Shown here in pieces: positions 37,701 through 50,700 of a DNA stretch of 64,000 nt. The notes below the pieces were generated by a model. It saw only the letters and a program-made list of their open reading frames with translations. It ran no database searches and was not told the origin of the DNA. Made by a program: the position numbers and the translations under genes. Position 1 is the stretch's first letter. Every line of letters starts with the position of its first letter. The DNA is from Auanema rhodensis (taxonomy: Eukaryota; Animalia; Nematoda): assembly GCA_964057225.1 (NCBI GenBank), contig OZ059899.1, positions 20,522,001 to 20,586,000 on the forward strand. Reading direction: 5' to 3'.

Positions 37701-40700
37701 CTTAAAAATCCGCATCGAATGCACTATACAACATTGAGAAACGCTTGATACAAAAATTAGTTATGATCGTTTGAAAAAAGATGCATTAGTGTATGTTGAG
37801 TTTCCATGTACACTCAACATTGCTTCCAAAAACATTTTGACAAAAATTTTTCCAAAAAATTTCAAAATAATTTCGCAAAAAGTAAATGTTTTTAGATTCC
37901 TTTCTCCAAGGCAAAGACGATGGACAATGTTATTCAACGAAAAAATTAATTCTGCAGGGTGAAAATCGAGGATATAAGTGTGAACTTATATCAGTTGATA
38001 TCTCGGTGCATTTTTAAGCTAGCGCAAATCTGATAACACAGATCGACGCAGCTTAAAAATCCGCATCGAATGCACTATACTACATTGAAAAACGCTTGAT
38101 ACAAAAATTAGGTATGATTGTTTGAAAAAAGATGCATTAGTGTATGTTGAGTTTCCATGTACACTCAACATTGCTTCCAAAAACATTTTTACAAAAATTT
38201 TTCCGAAAAATTTCGAAATAATTTCGCAAAAAGTAGATGTTTTTAGATTCCTTTTTTCAAGGCAAAGACGATGAACATTGTTATTCAACGAAAAAATTGA
38301 TTCTGCAGGGTGAAAATCGAGGATATAAGTGTGAACTTATATCAGTTGATATCTCGGTGCATTTTTAAGCTAGCGCAAATCTGATAACACAGATCGACGC
38401 AGCTTAAAAATCAGCATCGAATGCACTATACTACATTGAGAAACGCTTGATACAAAAATTAGGTATGATCGTTTGAAAAATGATGCATTAGTGTATGTTG
38501 AGTTTCCATGTACACTCAACATTGCTTCCAAAAACATTTTTACAAAAATTTTTCCGAAAAATTTCAAAATAATTTCGCAAAAAGTAGATGTTTTTAGATT
38601 CCTTTTTTCAAGGCAAAGACGATGGACAATGTTATTCAACAAAAAAATTAATTCTGCAGGGTGAAAATCGAGGATATAAGTGTGAACTTATATCAGTTGA
38701 TATCTCGGTGCATTTTTAAGCTAGCGCAAATCTGATAACACAGATCGACGCAGCTTAAAAATCAGCATCGAATGCACTATACTACATTGAGAACGCTTAA
38801 TACAAAAGTTAGGTATGATCGTTTGAAAAATGATGCATTAGTGTATGTTGAGTTTCCATGTACACTCAACATTGCTTCCAAAAACATTTTTACAAAAATT
38901 TTTCCGAAAAATTTCAAAATAATTTCGCAAAAAGTAGATGTTTTTAGATTCCTTTTTTCAAGGCAAAGACGATGGACAATGTTATTCAACGAAAAAATTA
39001 ATTCTGCAGGGTGAAAATCGAGGATATAAGTGTGAACTTATATCAGTTGATATCTCGGTGCATTTTTAAGCTAGCGCAAATCTGATAACACAGATCGACG
39101 CAGCTTAAAAATCCGCATCGAATGCACTATACTGCATTGAGAAACGCTTAATACAAAAGTTAGTTATGATCGTTTGAAAAATGATGCATTAGTGTATGTT
39201 GAGTTTCCATGTACACTCAACATTGCTTCCAAAAACATTTTGACAAAAATTTTTCCGAAAAATTTTAAAATAATTTCGCAAAGAGTAGGTGTTTTTAGAT
39301 TCCTTTTTTCAAGGCAAAGACGATGGACAATGTTATTCAACGAAAAAATTAATTCTGCAGGGTGAAAATCGAGGATATAAGTGTGAACTTATATCAGTTG
39401 ATATCTCGGTGCATTTTTAAGCTAGCGCAAATCTGATAACACAGATCGACGCAGCTTAAAAATCCGCATCGAATGCACTATACTACATTGAGAAACGCTT
39501 AATACAAAAATTAGTTATGATCGTTTGAAAAATGATGCATTAGTGTATGTTGAGTTTCCATGTACACTCAACATTGCTTCCAAAAACATTTTTACAAAAA
39601 TTTTTCCGAAAAATTTCAAAATAATTTCGCAAAAAGTAGATGTTTTTAGATTCCTTTTTTCAAGGCAAAGACGATGGACAATGTTATTCAACGAAAAAAT
39701 TAATTCTGCAGGGTGAAAATCGAGGATATAAGTGTGAACTTATATCAGTTGATATCTCGGTGCATTTTTAAGCTAGCGCAAATCTGATAACACAGATCGA
39801 CGCAGCTTAAAAATCCGCATCGAATGCACTATACTGCATTGAGAAACGCTTAATACAAAAGTTAGTTATGATCGTTTGAAAAATGATGCATTAGTGTATG
39901 TTGAGTTTCCATGTACACTCAACATTGCTTCCAAAAACATTTTGACAAAAATTTTTCCGAAAAATTTTAAAATAATTTCGCAAAGAGTAGGTGTTTTTAG
40001 ATTCCTTTTTTCAAGGCAAAGACGATGGACAATGTTATTCATCGAAAAAATTAATTCTGCAGGGTGAAAATCGAGGATATAAGTGTGAACTTATATCAGT
40101 TGATATCTCGGTGCATTTTTAAGCTAGCGCAAATCTGATAACACAGATCGACGCAGCTTAAAAATCAGCATCGAATGCACTATACTACATTGAGAAACGC
40201 TTGATACAAAAATTAGGTATGATCGTTTGAAAAATGATGCATTAGTGTATGTTGAGTTTCCATGTACACTCAACATTGCTTCCAAAAACATTTTTACAAA
40301 AATTTTTCCGAAAAATTTCAAAATAATTTCGCAAAAAGTAGATGTTTTTAGATTCCTTTTTTCAAGGCAAAGACGATGGACAATGTTATTCAACGAAAAA
40401 ATTAATTCTGCAGGGTGAAAATCGAGGATATAAGTGTGAACTTATATCAGTTGATATCTCGGTGCATTTTTAAGCTAGCGCAAATCTGATAACACAGATC
40501 GACGCAGCTTAAAAATCAGCATCGAATGCACTATACTACATTGAGAACGCTTAATACAAAAGTTAGGTATGATCGTTTGAAAAATGATGCATTAGTGTAT
40601 GTTGAGTTTCCATGTACACTCAACATTGCTTCCAAAAACATTTTTACAAAAATTTTTCCGAAAAATTTCAAAATAATTTCGCAAAAAGTAGATGTTTTTA

Positions 40701-42523
40701 GATTCCTTTTTTCAAGGCAAAGACGATGGACAATGTTATTCAACGAAAAAATTAATTCTGCAGGGTGAAAATCGAGGATATAAGTGTGAACTTATATCAG
40801 TTGATATCTCGGTGCATTTTTAAGCTAGCGCAAATCTGATAACACAGATCGACGCAGCTTAAAAATCCGCATCGAATGCACTATACTGCATTGAGAAACG
40901 CTTAATACAAAAGTTAGTTATGATCGTTTGAAAAATGATGCATTAGTGTATGTTGAGTTTCCATGTACACTCAACATTGCTTCCAAAAACATTTTGACAA
41001 AAATTTTTCCGAAAAATTTTAAAATAATTTCGCAAAGAGTAGGTGTTTTTAGATTCCTTTTTTCAAGGCAAAGACGATGGACAATGTTATTCAACGAAAA
41101 AATTAATTCTGCAGGGTGAAAATCGAGGATATAAGTGTGAACTTATATCAGTTGATATCTCGGTGCATTTTTAAGCTAGCGCAAATCTGATAACACAGAT
41201 CGACGCAGCTTAAAAATCAGCATCGAATGCACTATACTACATTGAGAAACGCTTGATACAAAAATTAGGTATGATCGTTTGAAAAATGATGCATTAGTGT
41301 ATGTTGAGTTTCCATGTACACTCAACATTGCTTCCAAAAACATTTTTACAAAAATTTTTCCGAAAAATTTCAAAATAATTTCGCAAAAAGTAGATGTTTT
41401 TAGATTCCTTTTTTCAAGGCAAAGACGATGGACAATGTTATTCAACGAAAAAATTAATTCTGCAGGGTGAAAATCGAGGATATAAGTGTGAACTTATAAC
41501 AGTTGATATCTCGGTGCATTTTAAAGATAGCGCAAATCTGATAACACAGATCGACGCAGCTTAAAAATCCGCATCGAATGCACTATACTGCATTAAGAAA
41601 CGCTTAATACAAAAGTTAGTTATGATCGTTTGAAAAATGATGCATTAGTGTATGTTGAGTTTCCATGTACACTCAACATTGCTTCCAAAAACATTTTGAC
41701 AAAAATTTTTCCGAAAAATTTTAAAATAATTTCGCAAAGAGTAGGTGTTTTTAGATTCCTTTTTTCAAGGCAAAGACGATGGACAATGTTATTCAACGAA
41801 AAAATTAATTCTGCAGGGTGAAAATCGAGGATATAAGTGTGAACTTATATCAGTTGATATCTCGGTGCATTTTTAAGCTAGCGCAAATCTGATAACACAG
41901 ATCGACGCAGCTTAAAAATCAGCATCGAATGCACTATACTACATTGAGAAACGCTTGATACAAAAATTAGGTATGATCGTTTGAAAAATGATGCATTAGT
42001 GTATGTTGAGTTTCCATGTACACTCAACATTGCTTCCAAAAACATTTTGACAAAAATTTTTCCGAAAAATTTCGAAAAAATTTCGCGAAAAGTAGATGTT
42101 TTTAGATTCCTTTTCTCAAGGCAAAGACGATGGACAATGTTATTCAACGAAAAAATTATTTCTGCAGGGTGAAAATCGAGGATATAAGTGTGAACTTATA
42201 TCAGTTGATATCTCGGTGCATTTTTAAGCTAGCGCAAATCTGATAACACAGATCGACGCAGCTTAAAAATCCGCATCGAATGCATTAAACTACATTGAGA
42301 AACGCTTAATACAAAACTTAGTTATGATCGTTTGAAAAATGATGCATTACTGTAAGTTGAGTTTCCATGTACACTCAACATTGCTTCCAAAAACATTTTG
42401 ACAAAAATTTTTCCGAAAAATTTCAAAATAATTTCGCGAAAAGTAGATGTTTTTAGATTCCTTTTTTCAAGGCAAAGACGATGGACAATGTTATTCAACG
42501 AAAAAATTAATTCTGCAGGGTGA
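13755..42523. repeat. Subfamily domain 3 (G, A, D and F types) with a recurring F-G*-A-D-G cassette
   Basis: The G marker CAAAGAGTAGGT is confined to units 13914-41630. The A marker is AATCAGCAT plus TTGATAC and TAGGTATG. D is the 350-bp monomer with GAGAACG (12 copies, 17072-40577). Confidence 0.88.
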
Positions 42524-45500
42524 AAATCGAGGATATAAGTGTGAACTTATATCAGTTGATATCTCGGTGCATTTTTAAGCTAGCGCAAATCTGATAACAC
42601 AGATCGACGCAGCTTAAAAATCCGCATCGAATGCACTATACTACATTGAGAAACGCTTGATACAAAAATTAGTTATGATCGTTTGAAAAAAGATGCATTA
42701 GTGTATGTTGAGTTTCCATGTACACTCAACATTGCTTCCAAAAACATTTTGACAAAAATTTTTCCAAAAAATTTCAAAATAATTTCGCAAAAAGTAAATG
42801 TTTTTAGATTCCTTTCTCCAAGGCAAAGACGATGGACAATGTTATTCAACGAAAAAATTAAATCTGCAGGGTGAAAATCGAAGATATAAGTGTGAACTTA
42901 TATCAGTTGATATCTCGGTGCATTTTTAAGCTAGCGCAAATCTGATAACACAGATCGACGCAGCTTAAAAATCCGCATCGAATGCACTATACTACATTGA
43001 AAAACGCTTGATACAAAAATTAGGTATGATTGTTTGAAAAAAGATGCATTAGTGTATGTTGAGTTTCCATGTACACTCAACATTGCTTCCAAAAACATTT
43101 TTACAAAAATTTTTCCGAAAATTTTCGAAATAATTTCGCAAAAAGTAGATGTTTTTAGATTCCTTTTTTCAAGGCAAAGACGATGAACATTGTTATTCAA
43201 CGAAAAAATTGATTCTGCAGGGTGAAAATCGAGGATATAAGTGTGAACTTATATCAGTTGATATCTCGGTGCATTTTTAAGCTAACGCAAATCTGATAAC
43301 ACAGATCGACGCAGCTTAAAAATCCGCATCGAATGCACTATACTACATTGAAAAACGCTTGATACAAAACTTAGTTATGATCGTTTGAAAAATGATGCAT
43401 TAGTGTATGTTGAGTTTCCATGTACACTCAACATTGCTTCCAAAAACATTTTGACAAAAATTTTTCCGAAAAATTTCGAAAAAATTTCGCAAAAAGTAGA
43501 TGTTTTTAGATTCCTTTTTTCAAGGCAAAGACGATGGACAATGTTATTCAACGAAAAAATTATTTCTGCAGGGTGAAAATCGAGGATATAAGTGTGAACT
43601 TATATCAGTTGATATCTCGGTGCATTTTTAAGCTAGCGCAAATCTGATAATACAGATCGACGCAGCTTGAAAATCCGCATCGAATGCACTATACAACATT
43701 GAGAAACGCTCAATACAAAAATTAGTTATGATCGTTTGAAAAATGATGCATTAGTGTATGTTGAGTTTCCATGTACACTCAACATTGCTTCCAAAAACAT
43801 TTTGACAAAAATTTTTCCGAAAAATTTCAAAATAATTTCGCAAAAATTAGATGTTTTTAGATTCCTTTTTTCAAGGCAAAGACGATGGACAATGTTATTC
43901 AACGAAAAAATTAATTCTGCAGGGTGAAAATCGAGGATATAAGTGTAAACTTATATCAGTTGATATCTCGGTGCATTTTTAAGCTAGCGCAAATCTGATA
44001 ACACAGATCGACGCAGCTTGAAAATCCGCATCGAATGCACTATACAACATTGAGAAACGCTTAATACAAAACTTAGTTATGATCGTTTGAAAACTGATGC
44101 ATTAGTGTATGTTGAGTTTCCATGTACACTCAACATTGCTTCCAAAAACATTTTGACAAAAATTTTTCCGAAAAATTTCGAAAAAATTTCGCAAAAAGTA
44201 GATGTTTTTAGATTCCTTTTTTCAAGGCAAAGACGATGGACAATGTTATTCAACGAAAAAATTATTTCTGCAGGGTGAAAATCGAGGATATAAGTGTGAA
44301 CTTATATCAGTTGATATCTCGGTGCATTTTTAAGCTAGCGCAAATCTGATAACACAGATCGACGCAGCTTGAAAATCCGCATCGAATGCACTATACAACA
44401 TTGAGAAACGCTCAATACAAAAATTAGTTATGATCGTTTGAAAAATGATGCATTAGTGTATGTTGAGTTTCCATGTACACTCAACATTGCTTCCAAAAAC
44501 ATTTTGACAAAAATTTTTCCGAAAAATTTCGAAAAAATTTCGCAAAAAGTAGATGTTTTTAGATTCCTTTTTTCAAGGCAAAGACGATGGACAATGTTAT
44601 TCAACGAAAAAATTATTTCTGCAGGGTGAAAATCGAGGATATAAGTGTGAACTTATATCAGTTGATATCTCGGTGCATTTTTAAGCTAGCGCAAATCTGA
44701 TAACACAGATCGACGCAGCTTGAAAATCCGCATCGAATGCACTATACAACATTGAGAAACGCTCAATACAAAAATTAGTTATGATCGTTTGAAAAATGAT
44801 GCATTAGTGTATGTTGAGTTTCCATGTACACTCAACATTGCTTCCAAAAACATTTTGACAAAAATTTTTCCGAAAAATTTCAAAATATTTTCGCGAAAAG
44901 TAGATGTTTTTAGATTCCTTTTTTCAAGGCAAAGACGATGGACAATGTTATTCAACGAAAAAATTAATTCTGCAGGGTGAAAATCGAGGATATAAGTGTG
45001 AACTTATATCAGTTGATATCTCGGTGCATTTTTAAGCTAGCGCAAATCTGATAACACAGATCGACGCAGCTTAAAAATCCGCATCGAATGCACTATACAA
45101 CATTGAGAAACGCTTAATACAAAAGTTAGTTATGATCGTTTGAAAAATGATGCATTAGTGTATGTTGAGTTTCCATGTACACTCGACATTGCTTCCAAAA
45201 ACATTTTGACAAAAATTTTTCCGAAAAATTTCAAAATAATTTCGCAAAAATTAGATGTTTTTAGATTCCTTTTTTCAAGGCAAAGACGATGGACAATGTT
45301 ATTCAACGAAAAAATTAATTCTGCAGGGTGAAAATCGAGGATATAAGTGTGAACTTATATCAGTTGATATCTCGGTGCATTTTTAAGCTAGCGCAAATCT
45401 GATAACACAGATCGACGCAGCTTAAAAATCCGCATCGAATGCACTATACTACATTGAGAAACGCTTAATACAAAAATTAGTTATGATCGTTTGAAAAATG

Positions 45501-47785
45501 ATGCATTGTATGTTGAGTTTCCATGTACACTCAACATTGCTTCCAAAAACATTTTGACAAAAATTTTTCCGAAAAATTTCAAGATAATTTCGCAAAAATT
45601 AGATGTTTTTAGATTCCTTTTTTCAAGGCAAAGACGATGGACAATGTTATTCAACGAAAAAATTAATTCTGCAGGGTGAAAATCGAGGATATAAGTGTGA
45701 ACTTATATCAGTTGATATCTCGGTGCATTTTTAAGCTAGCGCAAATCTGATAACACAGATCGACGCAGCTTAAAAATCCGCATCGAATACACTATACTGC
45801 ATTGAGAAACGCTTAATACAAAAGTTAGTTATGATCGTTTGAAAAATGATGCATTAGTGTATGTTGAGTTTCCATGTACACTCAACATTGCTTCCAAAAA
45901 CATTTTGACAAAAATTTTTCCGAAAAATTTTAAAATAATTTCGCAAAAATTAGATGTTTTTAGATTTCTTTTTTCAAGGCAAAGACGATGGACAATGTTA
46001 TTCAACGAAAAAATTAATTCTGCAGGGTGAAAATCGAGGATATAAGTGTGAACTTATATCAGTTGATATCTCGGTGCATTTTTAAGCTAGCGCAAATCTG
46101 ATAACACAGATCGACGCAGCTTAAAAATCCGCATCGAATGCACTATACAACATTGAGAAACGCTTAATACAAAAGTTAGTTATGATCGTTTGAAAAATGA
46201 TGCATTAGTGTATGTTGAGTTTCCATGTACACTCAACATTGCTTCCAAAAACATTTTGACAAAAATTTTTCCGAAAAATTTCAAAATAATTTCGCAAAAA
46301 TTAGATGTTTTTAGATTCCTTTTTTCAAGGCAAAGACGATGGACAATGTTATTCAACGAAAAAATTAATTCTGCAGGGTGAAAATCGAGGATATAAGTGT
46401 GAACTTATATCAGTTGATATCTCGGTGCATTTTTAAGCTAGCGCAAATCTGATAACACAGATCGACGCAGCTTAAAAATCCGCATCGAATGCACTATACT
46501 ACATTGAGAAACGCTTAATACAAAAGTTAGTTATGATCGTTTGAAAAATGATGCATTAGTGTATGTTGAGTTTCCATGTACACTCAACATTGCTTCCAAA
46601 AACATTTTGACAAAAATTTTTCCGAAAAATTTCAAAATAATTTCGCAAAAATTAGATGTTTTTAGATTCCTTTTTTCAAGGCAAAGACGATGGACAATGT
46701 TATTCAACGAAAAAATTAATTCTGCAGGGTGAAAATCGAGGATATAAGTGTGAACTTATATCAGTTGATATCTCGGTGCATTTTTAAGCTAGCGCAAATC
46801 TGATAACACAGATCGACGCAGCTTGAAAATCCGCATCGAATGCACTATACAACATTGAGAAACGCTTAATACAAAACTTAGTTATGATCGTTTGAAAAAT
46901 GATGCATTAGTGTATGTTGAGTTTCCATGTACACTCAACATTGCTTCCAAAAACATTTTGACAAAAATTTTTCCGAAAAATTTCGAAAAAATTTCGCAAA
47001 AAGTAGATGTTTTTAGATTCCTTTTTTCAAGGCAAAGACGATGGACAATGTTATTCAACGAAAAAATTATTTCTGCAGGGTGAAAATCGAGGATATAAGT
47101 GTGAACTTATATCAGTTGATATCTCGGTGCATTTTTAAGCTAGCGCAAATCTGATAACACAGATCGACGCAGCTTGAAAATCCGCATCGAATGCACTATA
47201 CAACATTGAGAAACGCTCAATACAAAAATTAGTTATGATCGTTTGAAAAATGATGCATTAGTGTATGTTGAGTTTCCATGTACACTCAACATTGCTTCCA
47301 AAAACATTTTGACAAAAATTTTTCCGAAAAATTTCAAAATATTTTCGCGAAAAGTAGATGTTTTTAGATTCCTTTTTTCAAGGCAAAGACGATGGACAAT
47401 GTTATTCAACGAAAAAATTAATTCTCCAGGGTGAAAATCGAGGATATAAGTGTGAACTTATATCAGTTGATATCTCGGTGCAATTTTAAGCTAGCGCAAA
47501 TCTGATAATACAGATCGACGCAGCTTAAAAATCCGCATCGAATGCACTATACTGCATTGACAAACGCTTAATACAAAAGTTAGTTATGATCGTTTGAAAA
47601 ATGATGCATTAGTGTATGTTGAGTTTCCATGTACACTCAACATTGCTTCCAAAAACATTCTGACAAAATATTTTCCGAAAAATTTCAAAATAATTTCGCA
47701 AAAAGTAGATGTTTTTAGATTCCTTTTTTCAAGGCAAAGACGATGGACAATGTTATTCAACGAAAAAATTAATTCTGCAGGGTGA
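42524..47785. repeat. Subfamily domain 4 (N, E', EK and L types)
   Basis: Markers GCTTGAAAAT, TATACAAC, CGCTCAAT and TTCGAAAAAATT. The first P/Q pair appears at 45140/45491. Confidence 0.8.
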
Positions 47786-50700
47786 AAATCGAGGATATAA
47801 GTGTGAACTTATATCAGTTGATATCTCGGTGCATTTTTAAGCTAGCGCAAATCTGATAACACAGATCGACGCAGCTTAAAAATCCGCATCGAATGCACTA
47901 TACAACATTGAGAAACGCTTAATACAAAAGTTAGTTATGATCGTTTGAAAAATGATGCATTAGTGTATGTTGAGTTTCCATGTACACTCGACATTGCTTC
48001 CAAAAACATTTTGACAAAAATTTTTCCGAAAAATTTCAAAATAATTTCGCAAAAATTAGATGTTTTTAGATTCCTTTTTTCAAGGCAAAGACGATGGACA
48101 ATGTTATTCAACGAAAAAATTAATTCTGCAGGGTGAAAATCGAGGATATAAGTGTGAACTTATATCAGTTGATATCTCGGTGCATTTTTAAGCTAGCGCA
48201 AATCTGATAACACAGATCGACGCAGCTTAAAAATCCGCATCGAATGCACTATACTACATTGAGAAACGCTTAATACAAAAATTAGTTATGATCGTTTGAA
48301 AAATGATGCATTGTATGTTGAGTTTCCATGTACACTCAACATTGCTTACAAAAACATTTTGACAAAAATTTTTCCGAAAAATTTCAAGATAATTTCGCAA
48401 AAATTAAATGTTTTTAGATTCCTTTTTTCAAGGCAAAGACGATGGACAATGTTATTCAACGAAAAAATTAATTCTGCAGGGTGAAAATCGAGGATATAAG
48501 TGTGAACTTATATCAGTTGATATCTCGGTGCATTTTTAAGCTAGCGCAAATCTGATAACACAGATCGACGCAGCTTAAAAATCCGCATCGAATACACTAT
48601 ATTACATTGAGAAACGCTTAATACAAAAATTAGTTATGATCGTTTGAAAAATGATGCATTAGTGTATATTGAGTTTCCATGTACACTCAACATAGCTTCC
48701 AAAAACATTTTGACAAAAATTTTTCCGAAAAATTTCGAAATAAATTCGCAAAAAGTAGGTGTTTTTAGATTCCTTTTTTTCAAGGCAAAGACGATGGACA
48801 ATGTTATTCAACGAAAAAATTAATTCTGCAGGGTGAAAATCGAGGATATAAGTGTGAACTTATATCAGTTGATATCTCGGTGCATTTTTAAGCTGGCGCA
48901 AATCTGATAACACAGATCGACGCAGCTTAAAAATCCGCATCGAATGCACTATACAACATTGAGAAACGCTTAATACAAAAGTTAGTTATGATCGTTTGAA
49001 AAATGATGCATTAGTGTATGTTGAGTTTCCATGTACACTCGACATTGCTTCCAAAAACATTTTGACAAAAATTTTTCCGAAAAATTTCAAAATAATTTCG
49101 CAAAAATTAGATGTTTTTAGATTCCTTTTTTCAAGGCAAAGACGATGGACAATGTTATTCAACGAAAAAATTAATTCTGCAGGGTGAAAATCGAGGATAT
49201 AAGTGTGAACTTATATCAGTTGATATCTCGGTGCATTTTTAAGCTAGCGCAAATCTGATAACACAGATCGACGCAGCTTAAAAATCCGCATCGAATGCAC
49301 TATACTACATTGAGAAACGCTTAATACAAAAATTAGTTATGATCGTTTGAAAAATGATGCATTGTATGTTGAGTTTCCATGTACACTCAACATTGCTTAC
49401 AAAAACATTTTGACAAAAATTTTTCCGAAAAATTTCAAGATAATTTCGCAAAAATTAGATGTTTTTAGATTCCTTTTTTCAAGGCAAAGACGATGGACAA
49501 TGTTATTCAACGAAAAAATTAATTCTGCAGGGTGAAAATCGAGGATATAAGTGTGAACTTATATCAGTTGATATCTCGGTGCATTTTTAAGCTAGCGCAA
49601 ATCTGATAACACAGATCGACGCAGCTTAAAAATCCGCATCGAATGCACTATACTACATTGAGAAACGCTTAATACAAAAATTAGTTATGATCGTTTGAAA
49701 AATGATGCATTGTATGTTGAGTTTCCATGTACACTCAACATTGCTTACAAAAACATTTTGACAAAAATTTTTCCGAAAAATTTCAAGATAATTTCGCAAA
49801 AATTAGATGTTTTTAGATTCCTTTTTTCAAGGCAAAGACGATGGACAATGTTATTCAACGAAAAAATTAATTCTGCAGGGTGAAAATCGAGGATATAAGT
49901 GTGAACTTATATCAGTTGATATCTCGGTGCATTTTTAAGCTAGCGCAAATCTGATAACACAGATCGACGCAGCTTAAAAATCCGCATCGAATGCACTATA
50001 CAACATTGAGAAACGCTTAATACAAAAGTTAGTTATGATCGTTTGAAAAATGATGCATTAGTGTATGTTGAGTTTCCATGTACACTCGACATTGCTTCCA
50101 AAAACATTTTGACAAAAATTTTTCCGAAAAATTTCAAAATAATTTCGCAAAAATTAGATGTTTTTAGATTCCTTTTTTCAAGGCAAAGACGATGGACAAT
50201 GTTATTCAACGAAAAAATTAATTCTGCAGGGTGAAAATCGAGGATATAAGTGTGAACTTATATCAGTTGATATCTCGGTGCATTTTTAAGCTAGCGCAAA
50301 TCTGATAACACAGATCGACGCAGCTTAAAAATCCGCATCGAATGCACTATACAACATTGAGAAACGCTTAATACAAAAGTTAGTTATGATCGTTTGAAAA
50401 ATGATGCATTAGTGTATGTTGAGTTTCCATGTACACTCGACATTGCTTCCAAAAACATTTTGACAAAAATTTTTCCGAAAAATTTCAAAATAATTTCGCA
50501 AAAATTAGATGTTTTTAGATTCCTTTTTTCAAGGCAAAGACGATGGACAATGTTATTCAACGAAAAAATTTATTCTGCAGGGTGAAAATCGAGGATATAA
50601 GTGTGAACTTATATCAGTTGATATCTCGGTGCATTTTTAAGCTAGCGCAAATCTGATAACACAGATCGACGCAGCTTAAAAATCCGCATCGAATACACTA

